NCBI RefSeq assembly: GCF_024502345.1
Contig: NZ_JALDNN010000001.1
Length of the DNA stretch: 64,000 nucleotides
Source: Escherichia coli
Lineage (GTDB): Bacteria > Pseudomonadota > Gammaproteobacteria > Enterobacterales > Enterobacteriaceae
Reading direction: 5' to 3' (one strand)
In this document: one piece after another, positions 19,842 to 31,475 of the stretch
Layout of the letters: each line of letters begins with the position of its first letter
How positions within the stretch are numbered: position 1 is the first letter of the stretch
Notes under the pieces: generated by a model
The model's input: only the letters and a program-made list of their open reading frames with translations
Database searches by the model: none
What the model was told of the DNA's origin: nothing
Program-made: the position numbers and the translations under genes

Positions 19842-20855
19842 TCACCTCTCCTCAACCAGCGGCACCATCACATCACGCGACCAGGAAACCATCACCTGTT
19901 GTCCGGGCGTGAGCGTGGCAGGCAGTTCTTCGCCTGTCATATTGGCCTGACTCACAAGCAGTTTTTCACCGCCGTTCAATTTCAGTTCAAAACGAGTTGC
20001 CGCGCCCTGATATTGCACCGCCTGGATCGTGCCATTGGCCTGCAGTTCACCAGAGGTGTTGAGGCGGATATGTTCCGGTCGCAGGGCGAAGCTTCCCGTC
20101 ATACCACAAAGTTTCTCTGCCATCAGTCCATCAAAAACATTCGATGTACCAACGAACCCGGCAACAAACGGCGTGCGCGGGCGCATATAGAGATCGCGCG
20201 GGGAATCGACCTGCTCAATGCGTCCATTATTGAAAACCGCCACACGATCGGACATCGATAATGCCTCGCCCTGATCGTGGGTGACGAAGATAAAAGTGAT
20301 GCCGAGAGACTGTTGCAGCTTTTTCAGCTCAAGCTGCATTTGTTCTCGCAATTTGAGATCCAGTGCGCCGAGCGGTTCATCCAACAGCAATACGCGCGGT
20401 TCGTTCACCAGAGCTCTGGCAATGGCGACTCGCTGACGTTGACCACCAGAAAGTTGTGACGGTTTGCGTTGCTGAACAAAACCCAGCGCCACTTTCTCCA
20501 GCGCCTCTTGCGCCATTGCGTGCCGCTGCTTTTTATTCACGCCTTTGACCATCAGCCCGTAGGCGACGTTGTCAAGAATCGACATATGCGGAAATAGCGC
20601 GTAGTCCTGGAAGACAGTATTCACGTCCCGCTCCCACGGTGGCAGATTGCTGGCGGGTTTACCAAAGATAGAGATAGCCCCGCCGGAAAGCTGTTCGAAG
20701 CCAGCAATCAGGCGCAGGCAGGTGGTTTTGCCGGAGCCGGACGGCCCCAGCATAGAGAAGAACTCACCATCTTTTATCGCAATACTGACGCCATCTACTG
20801 CGCGCACGTCACCGTACAACCGCGAGACGTTGTCAAACTCCACTGCGTACGTCAT
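19842..20855 (-). CDS. ydcT: ABC transporter ATP-binding protein
   Basis: Walker A GPSGSGKT, ABC signature LSGGQRQR, Walker B LLLDEP. Confidence 0.9.
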   Translation of the reverse strand: MTYAVEFDNVSRLYGDVRAVDGVSIAIKDGEFFSMLGPSGSGKTTCLRLIAGFEQLSGGAISIFGKPASNLPPWERDVNTVFQDYALFPHMSILDNVAYGLMVKGVNKKQRHAMAQEALEKVALGFVQQRKPSQLSGGQRQRVAIARALVNEPRVLLLDEPLGALDLKLREQMQLELKKLQQSLGITFIFVTHDQGEALSMSDRVAVFNNGRIEQVDSPRDLYMRPRTPFVAGFVGTSNVFDGLMAEKLCGMTGSFALRPEHIRLNTSGELQANGTIQAVQYQGAATRFELKLNGGEKLLVSQANMTGEELPATLTPGQQVMVSWSRDVMVPLVEER

Positions 20856-20872
20856 AAAGCACCCCAGCGAAG

Positions 20873-22018
20873 TTAGCGACCGCCCATAATGGCAATGTAA
20901 TCCTGCGTCCAGCGACTGTAGGGAACAAACTTGCCCCCTTCTGCTATAGGCGTTTTCCAGAAGGCTATTTTATCGAAATAGTTAAAACCGTTTGTTTCAC
21001 ACCCTTTCTCGCCTAATAACGAACTGGCTTTACACCCTTCCGGCACGACTGGTAACGAGCCAAACCAGGCCGCCACATCGCCCTGCACTTTTGGCGTTAA
21101 TGACCAGTTCATCCATTTGTAGGCGCAAACCGGATGTTTCGCTTCGCTATGTAGCATGGTGGTGTCAGCCCAACCGGTAACGCCCTCTTTCGGAAATACG
21201 GTAGCGACAGGCTGGCCTTCGGCTTTCAGGGCGTTGGCCTGATAGGGCCAGGCACTGGAAGCAACCACACCCTCGTTTTTGAAATCGCTCATTTGCACGG
21301 TAGTGTCATGCCAGTAGCGATGGATCAAACTATGTTGATCACGCAGCACTTTCAGCACCGCCTGGTACTGTTCTTCGGTGAGTTGATACGGATCGCTGAT
21401 GCCCAACTGCGGCTGAGTGGCTTTAACGAACAACGCAGCGTCCGCAATGTAGATAGGGCCATCATAAGCCTGGACGCGGCCTTTATTGCTCTTGCCGTCC
21501 GGCAGATTTTGCTCAACAAAAACCACTTGCCAGCTATCCGGCGGCGTCGGGAAGGTTTTAGTGTTGTACATCAGCAGGTTCGGCCCCCATTGGTAAGGTG
21601 TACCGTAAACTTTGCCGCCAACGTTAAACCAGTCGCCTTTAACCACGCGCGGATCGAGCGTTTTCCAGTTGGTAATCAAGGCGGTATTAATCGGCTGCAC
21701 GCGTTTACCCATAATCAAACGCAGCGAGGCATCGCCGGATGCCGTAACCAGATCGTAACCCCCTTTGGTCATCAGACTGACCATTTCATCGGAAGTCGCG
21801 GCGGTTTTAACATTCACCGCGCAGCCTGTCTCTTTTTCGAATTGCGTTACCCAGTCGTATTGTTTATCAGTTTGTCCGCGTTCGATATATCCCGGCCAGG
21901 CGATAATATCCAGTCGCCCTTCCGGTTTATCTAAATTGGTAGGCGGTTCGGCGGCGTGAGCGGTCATTATTGTCATGCTGAGCGCACACAGGCTGCTGCG
22001 GGCAAATGTCTTGCTCAT
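20873..22018 (-). CDS. ydcS: Periplasmic polyamine-type substrate-binding protein
   Basis: 381-aa ORF with signal peptide; first gene of the ydcSTUV operon. Confidence 0.9.
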   Translation of the reverse strand: MSKTFARSSLCALSMTIMTAHAAEPPTNLDKPEGRLDIIAWPGYIERGQTDKQYDWVTQFEKETGCAVNVKTAATSDEMVSLMTKGGYDLVTASGDASLRLIMGKRVQPINTALITNWKTLDPRVVKGDWFNVGGKVYGTPYQWGPNLLMYNTKTFPTPPDSWQVVFVEQNLPDGKSNKGRVQAYDGPIYIADAALFVKATQPQLGISDPYQLTEEQYQAVLKVLRDQHSLIHRYWHDTTVQMSDFKNEGVVASSAWPYQANALKAEGQPVATVFPKEGVTGWADTTMLHSEAKHPVCAYKWMNWSLTPKVQGDVAAWFGSLPVVPEGCKASSLLGEKGCETNGFNYFDKIAFWKTPIAEGGKFVPYSRWTQDYIAIMGGR

Positions 22019-22262
22019 AAGGTCTTACTCCTGTCGTAATTAATTGTTCAGCCGCCGTGCCGTAAAAATATCTCCTTGTTTAACCATAGACGGCGGCTTG
22101 CAGGCACACCTTCGCCCCTGAGAAAATTTAATCAGGTTGTGAGCTACCGCGCATTATACCGTCTGTAAGGTTATCTTCTGGAGTATAGTCAAGGAGTTAG
22201 GAAATATGACTGCTATTCGAAATTCATATTACCCAATCTAAGAGGAATTAAATTAAACGCTA

Positions 22263-23669
22263 TTACAGCCGTTCTTGAATAAGTTTGCCTAATTGTTTTA
22301 CCGCCTGTTCTTCACGTTCTCCCCACTGCCACGCGGTATTAAAACGAAAAAAACGTGACCAGTTTTCACCGGTAGAAAACATTTTACCCGGCGCAATACT
22401 GATATGATGCGTCAGTGCCGCCAGGCTCAATTCGCCGGCATCTAACGGCTCGGGGAGCTCCAGCCAGAGAAAATAACCGCTGTCATTATGATGAATTTTC
22501 ACTTCCGCAGGCAGATAACGCAGCAGTGCCTGCCAGGCACGTTGTTTACGTTCCGCAAGCTGGCGACGCAGGCGACGAAGATGGGCGTCGTATCGGCGCG
22601 TGGAAAGGTAATCCACCAGCGCAAGCTGCATCGGTGAGCTGGTGGAAAGCGTACTCATCAACTGCAATCGTTGAATTTTACGTGCATGTTTTCCGGCGGC
22701 GACCCAACCAATACGAAAACCAGGCACCAGACATTTCGAAAACGAAGAGCAATGCAAAACGCCATCGTGGCGATCCCACGCTTTCGCAGTCAGCGGTTTT
22801 TCCCGTCCAAAATAAAGTTCGCTGTAAACGTCATCTTCAATCAGCGTTACGTTGTACTGATTGAGCAACGCCACCAGTTGTGCTTTTTTTTGCGGCGTTA
22901 AGGTAAATCCGAGTGGATTCTGGCTATTAGTCATCAGCCAGCACGCTTTCACCGGATACTCCTGCAACGCCAGTTCCAGCGCCTGAAGATCGATCCCTTC
23001 TTTAACATCCGTCGCCACCGATAACGCCTTCAGCCGTAGCCGCTCCAGCGCCTGCAACGCACCGTAGAAACAAGGATTCTCTACTATCACCCAATCGCCC
23101 GGTTCAGTTACCGCTTGCAAACTGAGGTTTAATGCCTCTAACGCCCCGGCAGTAATGACAATTTCATCAGGAGAAATGGTGATGCCCTGTAAGGCATAGC
23201 GACGGGCAATAGCCTGACGCAGTTCTGCGTTTCCTGGCGGCAAGTTTTCAATCACGCTCATCGCCGTGGCGGTTTTGCTTACCTGCGCCAGCGAGCGGTT
23301 TAGTTGTTGGAGGGGGAAAAGTCGCGGGTCGGGAAAGGCCGAGGCAAACGGAACGACCGACGGATCGCGACTGGCCTGCAACATATCAAAAATATAAGTG
23401 TTGATATCGACTGCTTCATCTCGAGTGACTGGAATGACTGGCGCTTTCGGCATTTTTATTGCCTGTGGCGCAACGTAATAACCCGACTGCGGTCGTGCGA
23501 TAATATATCCCTGACTTTCGAGCAACTGATAGGCATGGCTGACAGTCATAAAGCTCATGCCAGAAAGCGCCACCTGGTCACGCAACGAAGGCAAACGATC
23601 GCCGGGTTGCCAGATACCCGACGCAATCTGCTCGCGTAATTGTTCTGCAAGCTGCTGGTATTTTTTCAT
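22263..23669 (-). CDS. ydcR: MocR-family regulator (GntR HTH fused to aminotransferase-like domain)
   Basis: 468-aa ORF with N-terminal HTH and PLP-fold C-terminal domain. Confidence 0.9.
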   Translation of the reverse strand: MKKYQQLAEQLREQIASGIWQPGDRLPSLRDQVALSGMSFMTVSHAYQLLESQGYIIARPQSGYYVAPQAIKMPKAPVIPVTRDEAVDINTYIFDMLQASRDPSVVPFASAFPDPRLFPLQQLNRSLAQVSKTATAMSVIENLPPGNAELRQAIARRYALQGITISPDEIVITAGALEALNLSLQAVTEPGDWVIVENPCFYGALQALERLRLKALSVATDVKEGIDLQALELALQEYPVKACWLMTNSQNPLGFTLTPQKKAQLVALLNQYNVTLIEDDVYSELYFGREKPLTAKAWDRHDGVLHCSSFSKCLVPGFRIGWVAAGKHARKIQRLQLMSTLSTSSPMQLALVDYLSTRRYDAHLRRLRRQLAERKQRAWQALLRYLPAEVKIHHNDSGYFLWLELPEPLDAGELSLAALTHHISIAPGKMFSTGENWSRFFRFNTAWQWGEREEQAVKQLGKLIQERL

Positions 23670-23747
23670 TATCGAATCGTAATTATGTGCAGATGATTCG
23701 GCAGTCTATATCAGTTGTTAAAAATGACAACTTTTCATTAACTGTTA

Positions 23748-24185
<438 letters not shown>

Positions 24186-24209
24186 GTCATTAACCTTTTT
24201 AATTGGCGA

Positions 24210-24386
24210 TTAACTCAAACCGAGTTGTTTCAGGATTGCTTTACGCAATGGTTCTTTAATCTCATCGCAGGGGTGACGCGGCATGACACTGCGCCTCCCA
24301 TGAAACCTGAGTTTCAAATGGTTGCTGCCATTCGCTACATCGACGCCCTGAGATTCGAGCCAACGTCTGAACTCGCTTTGTTTCAC
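24210..24386 (-). CDS. hicA: HicA mRNA-interferase toxin (58 aa, GTG start)
   Basis: Translates VKQSEFRRWLESQGVDVANGSNHLKLRFHGRRSVMPRHPCDEIKEPLRKAILKQLGLS; below the ORF-track size cutoff. Confidence 0.8.
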   Translation of the reverse strand: MKQSEFRRWLESQGVDVANGSNHLKLRFHGRRSVMPRHPCDEIKEPLRKAILKQLGLS

Positions 24387-24607
24387 GTCGCCTCCCTGCC
24401 GCTGAGTATATCAACAAAGTAAACATTAGTGTTTACCTCCGTGTGTAATTTGCTCGAAAATAGCACTTAATCGCCGCAACGGCAGAATGCAATGCAAAAT
24501 CAGGAAGGAAGATTCCAGAATTTCTTTGCGCTAATTTGCAAAACTGAATAATAACCTAAAGAAACTATCGGCATCATAGCGGCAAAAGGTAAGAAAAAGG
24601 TGGCAGG

Positions 24608-24838
24608 ATGTTTACGAAGGCGTTATCGGTTGTCTTATTAACGTGTGCGCTGTTCTCTGGACAACTCATGGCAGGGCACAAAGGACATGAATTTGTGTGG
24701 GTAAAGAATGTGGATCATCAGCTGCGTCATGAAGCGGACAGCGATGAATTGCGTGCTGTGGCGGAAGAGTCGGCGGAAGGTTTGCGCGAGCATTTTTACT
24801 GGCAAAAATCGCGCAAACCAGAAGCGGGACAACGTTGA
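24608..24838 (+). CDS. yncJ: Secreted small protein YncJ
   Basis: 76-aa ORF with signal peptide. Confidence 0.75.
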   Translation: MFTKALSVVLLTCALFSGQLMAGHKGHEFVWVKNVDHQLRHEADSDELRAVAEESAEGLREHFYWQKSRKPEAGQR

Positions 24839-24929
24839 GTCGTTTGATGCCGGATGCGGCGTAACGCCTTACCCGGCAGGCAATATCATGCAGATTCAAT
24901 AAGTTGTGAGTAACCAGAAAACTGGCGTT

Positions 24930-26933
24930 TTACCCTTTTCGCTTCGGCAATGTTTTCAGCAGCTCATCCGGACTTACGGATGCCACTACGCTTCCCGGTA
25001 ACGGCATTTTCAGTATGTGATTTTTGATTTTGCCAATGACGTGCATCTCGCATGGGCGGCAATCAAACTTTAGCGTTAATACTTCATCGCCGTTTACCAG
25101 TTGCATTGGCGTCGCCTTCCAGCTTTTGATATTGCCTTTCGCCTGTTTCGGGCACAAATTAAAGGCAAAGCGCAGACAATGCTTGGTGATCATCACCGGG
25201 ACTTCGCCCTTCTCTTCATGTGCCTCATACGCCGCGTCAATCAGCTGCACACCATAGCGATGATAAAATTCACGCGCTTTCTGGTTGTAAACGTTCGCGA
25301 GGAAACTCAGATGCGTTTGCGGATAAACCGGCGCAGGATCAGCAACCGGTTTACGGCTGCCGCGCTGGTAACTGGCAAGACGCGCAGCATCCAGCATGTC
25401 AGCAGCTTCACGGCGGAACTGGTTTAACAGACTGTTTGGTACAAACAGCGCCCCCGGCAAATTAATTTGCACATCGCGGGCGTAATAGATGGTTTGCCCC
25501 AGTTTTGCCAGACCATCCTTCAGATTGTTCATTGCTTTTTCGGCGTTATTGGCTTCGTCGAACTGCCCATCCAGCGTATGCGTGATGCTGACCCCCTCTT
25601 CACTGGTGAGGGTCAGAATCAGTTGTTCCTGCCAGCCGCCCAGTTCAATGTCTACCGCCACCCGACGTTCGCTGGAGGTTTTTGTCAGTGCCTGCTGCCA
25701 GTTATGATCAAGATTACGGTTTAGTGGGTGATGCGGGCGAATTTTGTGCAAATCTGCTGGCATTTCATTGGGCCAGACGCGGTACTGATTTTCTCCGGTT
25801 TTCTCGACCGTATTGGCACGAAAACCGACGACTTCACGTTTAATCAACACGTTCAGGCCATCGCCATTTGCCAGTGGATCGGTAACGGCAACATCGAGAT
25901 GATCTTTCGCCACTTTCAATACTTCACCCACCGGCAGGCCGATAAATTTCGGCGAATCGAACGCGCCAATATCGCCTTTACGGGCATTCACAAAATAATC
26001 TGTGCTACCACGATGGAAAGTCTTTTCCGTCGATGGAACAAAGAAATGTTCAGTACGACCTGATGAAGCGCGCGTCAGATCGCCACGTTCTTCAATAATG
26101 GCATCCAGCATCTGGCGATAATGGGCGGTGATATTCTTCACGTAGCTCATATCTTTGTAACGCCCTTCAATCTTGAAGGAGCGTACGCCAGCATCAATCA
26201 GCGCGCCGAGGTTGGCAGTCTGATCGTTATCTTTCATCGACAGCAGATGTTTTTCATAGGAAACCACCCGCCCCTGATCGTCTTTCAATGTGTATGGCAA
26301 ACGGCACGCTTGCGAGCAATCGCCACGGTTGGCGCTACGCCCTGTTTGCGCATGAGAAATGTAGCACTGACCCGAATAGGCCACGCACAGTGCGCCATGA
26401 ATAAAGAATTCAATGGTCGCGTCCGTGGCCTGGTGAATCGCGCGGATCTGCTCAAGATTCAGCTCTCGCGCCAGCACAATCTGCGTGAAGCCAACATCAG
26501 AGAGGAACTTCGCTTTTTCTACTGTACGAATGTCGCACTGCGTACTGGCGTGCAGTTCAATCGGCGGAATATCAAGTTCCAGAATCCCCATATCCTGAAC
26601 AATCAGCGCATCGACACCGGTCTGGTAGAGGTCAGTAATCAGCCGTTGCGCGGGTTCCAGCTCATCATCATGCAAAATGGTGTTAAGCGTGACGAAAATT
26701 TTTGCACCATAACGATGGGCAAACGGCACCAGCTCGGCAATATCTTTCAGGCTATTACTGGCATTATGACGGGCACCAAAACCAGGGCCGCCGATATAAA
26801 CAGCATCAGCACCGTGCAAAATAGCTTCGCGGGCAATGGCGGCATCGCGTGCCGGGCTTAACAGTTCAAGTCGATGAGAAGATACGGTCACATTCTTATC
26901 CAGTAGCTGAAAAATGGCGGCTATTTTAGCCAC
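24930..26933 (-). CDS. ydcP: Peptidase U32-family protein (YdcP / RlhA, 23S rRNA hydroxylation factor)
   Basis: 667-aa ORF; U32-family signature region; the true start may be a downstream Met. Confidence 0.9.
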   Translation of the reverse strand: MAKIAAIFQLLDKNVTVSSHRLELLSPARDAAIAREAILHGADAVYIGGPGFGARHNASNSLKDIAELVPFAHRYGAKIFVTLNTILHDDELEPAQRLITDLYQTGVDALIVQDMGILELDIPPIELHASTQCDIRTVEKAKFLSDVGFTQIVLARELNLEQIRAIHQATDATIEFFIHGALCVAYSGQCYISHAQTGRSANRGDCSQACRLPYTLKDDQGRVVSYEKHLLSMKDNDQTANLGALIDAGVRSFKIEGRYKDMSYVKNITAHYRQMLDAIIEERGDLTRASSGRTEHFFVPSTEKTFHRGSTDYFVNARKGDIGAFDSPKFIGLPVGEVLKVAKDHLDVAVTDPLANGDGLNVLIKREVVGFRANTVEKTGENQYRVWPNEMPADLHKIRPHHPLNRNLDHNWQQALTKTSSERRVAVDIELGGWQEQLILTLTSEEGVSITHTLDGQFDEANNAEKAMNNLKDGLAKLGQTIYYARDVQINLPGALFVPNSLLNQFRREAADMLDAARLASYQRGSRKPVADPAPVYPQTHLSFLANVYNQKAREFYHRYGVQLIDAAYEAHEEKGEVPVMITKHCLRFAFNLCPKQAKGNIKSWKATPMQLVNGDEVLTLKFDCRPCEMHVIGKIKNHILKMPLPGSVVASVSPDELLKTLPKRKG

Positions 26934-26963
26934 AAGCGCGACGTTGCGAAATAGTTTTCCCGC

Positions 26964-27500
26964 TTAACTGCGCGGGTAATGGATGAGGGAATGAAAATGT
27001 ACGATTTGCTCCCCACCATTACGATAGATATGCGTGACGTCTGCAGCAAATCGAGCGCCTTCCCCACAATTAAGGCTCTGCCATTCACCATCAACGCACA
27101 GATCAAGTTGTCCATCAATGACGACGACATGTTCGATTACCCCCTTCTCATGGGGCGTCGATTCGCTTATTGCACCGGGTGCCATCTGAATCGAGAAGTG
27201 TTCAAAGCAGAGTTGTGGATCATAAGGAAACAGCGAAGTGATCACCATCGCCTGCTGTTGTGGATCATAAACTGAAGGCGTAGCGGACTGTGGCGGAGAA
27301 ATAAATGTCGAAAAGGGCACGTTCAACCCGGTAGCAATTTTCCATAATGTCGCGACCGTCGGGCTGGACTCATTACGCTCAATCTGTCCTAACATTGCTT
27401 TAGAAACGCCCGTCGCTTCTGCCAGTCGCGAAAGACTCCAGCCGCGCTGCTGACGTAGTTGTTTAAGTGTGGTGGATAAAAAGCGAGCGAGATTTTCCAT
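26964..27500 (-). CDS. sutR: XRE-family HTH regulator with cupin domain (YdcN/SutR)
   Basis: 178-aa ORF; N-terminal HTH …LSRLAEATGVSKAMLGQIERNESSPTVATL…. Confidence 0.85.
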   Translation of the reverse strand: MENLARFLSTTLKQLRQQRGWSLSRLAEATGVSKAMLGQIERNESSPTVATLWKIATGLNVPFSTFISPPQSATPSVYDPQQQAMVITSLFPYDPQLCFEHFSIQMAPGAISESTPHEKGVIEHVVVIDGQLDLCVDGEWQSLNCGEGARFAADVTHIYRNGGEQIVHFHSLIHYPRS

Positions 27501-27591
27501 GCGACTCCTCCGGCAAAACGGAAGTTTATCACTTGTGCGTTATAACGGACAAATGCTACGGTACCTGTACGCTATAACGCACGAGGTGACT

Positions 27592-28764
27592 ATGCGTCTG
27601 TTTTCTGTTCCTCCACCCACGCTACTGGCGGGGTTTCTGGCGGTATTAATTGGCTACGCCAGTTCAGCGGCAATAATCTGGCAAGCAGCGATTGTCGCCG
27701 GAGCCTCCACTGCACAAATCTCTGGCTGGATGACGGCGCTGGGGCTGGCAATGGGCGTCAGTACGCTGACTCTGACATTATGGTATCGCGTACCTGTTCT
27801 CACCGCATGGTCAACGCCTGGCGCGGCTTTGTTGGTCACCGGATTGCAGGGACTAACACTTAACGAAGCCATCGGCGTTTTTATTGTCACCAACGCGTTA
27901 ATAGTCCTCTGCGGCATAACGGGACTCTTTGCTCGTCTGATGCGCATTATTCCGCACTCGCTTGCGGCGGCAATGCTTGCCGGGATTTTATTACGCTTTG
28001 GTTTACAGGCGTTTGCCAGTCTGGACGGTCAATTTACGTTGTGTGGAAGTATGTTGCTGGTATGGCTGGCAACCAAGGCCGTTGCGCCGCGCTATGCGGT
28101 AATTGCCGCGATGATTATTGGGATCGTGATCGTTATCGCGCAAGGTGACGTTGTCACAACTGATGTTGTCTTTAAACCCGTTCTCCCCACTTATATTACC
28201 CCTGATTTTTCGTTTGCTCACAGCCTGAGCGTTGCACTCCCCCTTTTTCTGGTGACGATGGCATCGCAAAACGCACCGGGTATCGCAGCAATGAAAGCAG
28301 CCGGATATTCGGCTCCTGTTTCGCCATTAATTGTATTTACTGGATTGCTGGCACTGGTTTTTTCCCCTTTCGGCGTTTATTCCGTCGGTATTGCGGCAAT
28401 CACCGCGGCTATTTGCCAAAGCCCGGAAGCGCATCCGGATAAAGATCAACGTTGGCTGGCAGCTGCCGTTGCAGGCATTTTCTATTTGCTCGCAGGTCTG
28501 TTTGGTAGTGCCATTACCGGGATGATGGCTGCCCTGCCCGTAAGTTGGATCCAGATGCTGGCAGGTCTGGCGCTGTTGAGTACCATTGGCGGCAGTTTGT
28601 ATCAGGCGCTGCATAATGAGCGTGAGCGCGACGCGGCGGTGGTGGCATTTCTGGTAACGGCAAGTGGATTGACGCTGGTCGGGATTGGTTCTGCGTTTTG
28701 GGGATTAATTGCCGGAGGTGTTTGTTACGTGGTGTTGAATTTAATCGCTGACAGAAACCGATAA
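27592..28764 (+). CDS. ydcO: BenE-family membrane transporter
   Basis: Hydrophobic multi-pass ORF; start taken at MRLFSVPP (the upstream extension overlaps the sutR promoter). Confidence 0.8.
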   Translation: MRLFSVPPPTLLAGFLAVLIGYASSAAIIWQAAIVAGASTAQISGWMTALGLAMGVSTLTLTLWYRVPVLTAWSTPGAALLVTGLQGLTLNEAIGVFIVTNALIVLCGITGLFARLMRIIPHSLAAAMLAGILLRFGLQAFASLDGQFTLCGSMLLVWLATKAVAPRYAVIAAMIIGIVIVIAQGDVVTTDVVFKPVLPTYITPDFSFAHSLSVALPLFLVTMASQNAPGIAAMKAAGYSAPVSPLIVFTGLLALVFSPFGVYSVGIAAITAAICQSPEAHPDKDQRWLAAAVAGIFYLLAGLFGSAITGMMAALPVSWIQMLAGLALLSTIGGSLYQALHNERERDAAVVAFLVTASGLTLVGIGSAFWGLIAGGVCYVVLNLIADRNR

Positions 28765-28798
28765 TAAAAAGCGCCATCTAACGATGGAGCGTCTGGAA

Positions 28799-29467
28799 CT
28801 ACTTTTTGTTAACGTCAAACATGGTGGCATCGGTCGCCATGTCATCAATAACTTGTTTAATATTTTCGAAAGCCATTGGCGTACTTTCGTTATTCAGGTC
28901 TTTACCTTCGCCCTGACGAACGACTTTGATAACCGGTTTATTAGTTGCTGCATCAATCAGCTCACCTTCAAAATACAAGCGAGTATCCATGGTACGGTGG
29001 CCTGTAGCCATTTGCGTCCCCGCAACCACTAATGCAACAGGAACCACTTCATAGAATTGCAGCCCTTCTTTGCTGGTATCTACACCGGTAATGGCCCCAC
29101 GGAAAATCAGACTACGCGGCCCCGCGGTGGTAACCAGTGGTTTACGCTGCGCTATCGCTTCTTTCATTTCGGTGTTGGTATAGTTCAAAATTTTATCCAG
29201 AACTTTCTGCCCTACCTGGGTCGAAGGTTTCGGTACCGGATAATAAGTGATTGGGTTCCAGACGATGCTGTCATATTTGCTTTGATCAAAACTCGGGTCT
29301 ACCCACCGTAAAACCGGTTTACCTGTAGCCGAGGTTGTTTCTTTTAAATCAGAGTAATTGTTTAAAAAACCAGAATATTTATCTGGCTGGGTGATTTTAG
29401 AGGCACAACCAGACAGAGCCAACAAGCCGCATAAAGCTGCAACTTTCGCAAATGATGTGGTACGCAT
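28799..29467 (-). CDS. ydcL: Lipoprotein YdcL
   Basis: 222-aa ORF with lipobox (LALSGCAS). Confidence 0.85.
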   Translation of the reverse strand: MRTTSFAKVAALCGLLALSGCASKITQPDKYSGFLNNYSDLKETTSATGKPVLRWVDPSFDQSKYDSIVWNPITYYPVPKPSTQVGQKVLDKILNYTNTEMKEAIAQRKPLVTTAGPRSLIFRGAITGVDTSKEGLQFYEVVPVALVVAGTQMATGHRTMDTRLYFEGELIDAATNKPVIKVVRQGEGKDLNNESTPMAFENIKQVIDDMATDATMFDVNKK

Positions 29468-29769
29468 GAATAGTTTCCTGAGATGATTATATTACTTTTT
29501 AAGTTATAGCAAAAAGCGCCGCTTCGTGTTGTGGCAAAAAAAGTGTTGGTGAAAATAAATTTTTCAGCCCCTTTTCAGACGACATAGTCAATGCCGAAAA
29601 AGGGGCTAAGTCAATCATCAGTAGTTAAATTTCAGTAAGTTAAGCTGCTAAAAAACTTCGACTACTGTGATTAATTTCACATCCCTTCGATAAAAAATAT
29701 GCTTACCGAAAAGAAGAACAGTAAACCATCTCAGCGTGGGGAATTTTCACGCGCTTTGTTCTTACCGGG

Positions 29770-30363
29770 TCATTTTTTACGTGCCAGCATCGTGGCGAAA
29801 CGCAGTTTAATACGATTACCGTTGGCGTCGGTGCGGTGCAGCTCGCCGACGTCCTCATTGTATTTCACCATCTCCCAGTCTTCGTAATATCGACGTAATT
29901 CTCCCTCTTTGAAGGCAAACGGGAAGCCGACGGTACATGGATAATCAGCGGTATCCATCGCCGCCACAATCAGGTTGTAACCACCAGGTTTCGTGCAACG
30001 TTGCATATTGGCAATCAGCCCTGGGATGGTCTTAGCCTCAAGGAACATCAGTACCACAGTCGAAAGAATAAAATCGTACTGTCCATCAAATGTGAGGTTA
30101 TTCAGATCAACGACCCGGGTGTGTAAATTATCCAGATTTTCAATGGATTTAATGCGCTCGACGTTGGCGATACTCATGGCATTTTTATCCCATGCGTCAA
30201 CATCATAACCATTGGCTGCCAGGAAAAGACTGTTACGACCATTGCCACAGCCCAGATCCAGCGTTTTACCCGGTTTAACCACTTTCACCGCTTCCAGTAC
30301 TTCAGAGTGTGTGCGGGTTAATTCATATTTATCAGTAAAATAGTTTTCGTCACGAATGATCAT
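29770..30363 (-). CDS. tehB: Tellurite methyltransferase
   Basis: 197-aa SAM-dependent methyltransferase (…[15 protein letters not shown]…). Confidence 0.9.
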   Translation of the reverse strand: MIIRDENYFTDKYELTRTHSEVLEAVKVVKPGKTLDLGCGNGRNSLFLAANGYDVDAWDKNAMSIANVERIKSIENLDNLHTRVVDLNNLTFDGQYDFILSTVVLMFLEAKTIPGLIANMQRCTKPGGYNLIVAAMDTADYPCTVGFPFAFKEGELRRYYEDWEMVKYNEDVGELHRTDANGNRIKLRFATMLARKK

Positions 30364-31352
30364 TCTTTGTCCTCTGCTTTCATTAAAACGGCGCGCTCAG
30401 TTCTGACTAACAATTTTCCCTGCATCAGAAGCGCAAAAGTACGGATGAGCAGTATTGCAATAATAAAATTGGTAAAGATAAACAGCGGCACCGCCAGCGT
30501 ATGGAAAAATCCATTATCGCTGCCACTCCCCAGATGCAAACCGGTGGTTGCCAGTGCAGATACGCCGAACGAGAAACTCCAGAATGAAGCATTAAATGGC
30601 TGGGAGAGATACCATGGCATCAGACGTAGCATAAACAGCAGTTGCAGTAGTCCATAACCGAAAAGCATTTTCGCCAGCGTGTCACCCTCGCCGCCGTTGA
30701 CGCTCAGCCAGGCACTACAGGCCACCAGCGCAGGAGCGAGCTGAATGCCGAGTGATGTCCGCAGTGCCGTGGGTAATTCTCCCGCACTGCGCAGACGCTG
30801 CAAGATCACCGGTTCAAGGCTTAGCCATGAGAAAACGCCTGCGCCTAAAAACACCAGACCGGCGTCGGTGTAGCCCAACGCACCACAGGCCATTGCGCTG
30901 ATAAAGTTGTTGGCAACTGTCGGCAGATACAGTCCAGGCGTGGTAGCTTCTTCAGGGTGAGATCCGCGCCATAATCCCGCAGTTTGCCAGGCGGCATAAG
31001 CCAGTTGCACCACGACACCAAAACTGAACAGGCACACCGCCAGTGGGCGAAACCACGGAACAAAACCAATCGCCACCAGCATCGTCGTTGCCGGAAACAA
31101 ACTCACAAAACTGCTCAGCACTGGATGGCGAACTTCCGCCAGCACGCTATGCGGAAAGCGTATGAGTCGGGTAATAAATGCGCTAGTTAATAATCCCCAG
31201 ATGATCATCGCCAGAATCACCAGCCCATCCCCTAACCAGTGGCTGACCTGCCAAACCTGGCTGGCATAGCGCCAGGCAAATCCCATCCCTATCGTCCCCA
31301 ACACAATACCAAAGTAGCCTGCCGGCAAATTGAGCACTTTATCGCTCTGCAT
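30360..31352 (-). CDS. tehA: Tellurite resistance / dicarboxylate-type transporter TehA
   Basis: Membrane ORF overlapping tehB; start taken at [14 protein letters not shown] (330 aa). Confidence 0.9.
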   Translation of the reverse strand: MQSDKVLNLPAGYFGIVLGTIGMGFAWRYASQVWQVSHWLGDGLVILAMIIWGLLTSAFITRLIRFPHSVLAEVRHPVLSSFVSLFPATTMLVAIGFVPWFRPLAVCLFSFGVVVQLAYAAWQTAGLWRGSHPEEATTPGLYLPTVANNFISAMACGALGYTDAGLVFLGAGVFSWLSLEPVILQRLRSAGELPTALRTSLGIQLAPALVACSAWLSVNGGEGDTLAKMLFGYGLLQLLFMLRLMPWYLSQPFNASFWSFSFGVSALATTGLHLGSGSDNGFFHTLAVPLFIFTNFIIAILLIRTFALLMQGKLLVRTERAVLMKAEDKE

Positions 31353-31475
31353 CTTCTTACTCATTTTGTTTAATTTATAAAGTATATTTGAAATGCATTT
31401 TATGGAATTTTCTCGAGCATAGCCAGAGCCGCAGAATTTGCTACGGTTATAGTAAGTCACCTGTGGGAAAACGCT

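Noticed and set aside
22190-22240. 11-codon mini-ORF (MTAIRNSYYPI) with an upstream AAGGAG in the ydcS-ydcR spacer
   Set aside because: It lies on the strand opposite both neighbours within a probable promoter region; too short and unsupported to call.
25024-26861. Several 70-246-aa plus-strand ORFs inside ydcP
   Set aside because: They are antisense to the 667-aa U32 peptidase ORF and are typical high-GC shadow ORFs.
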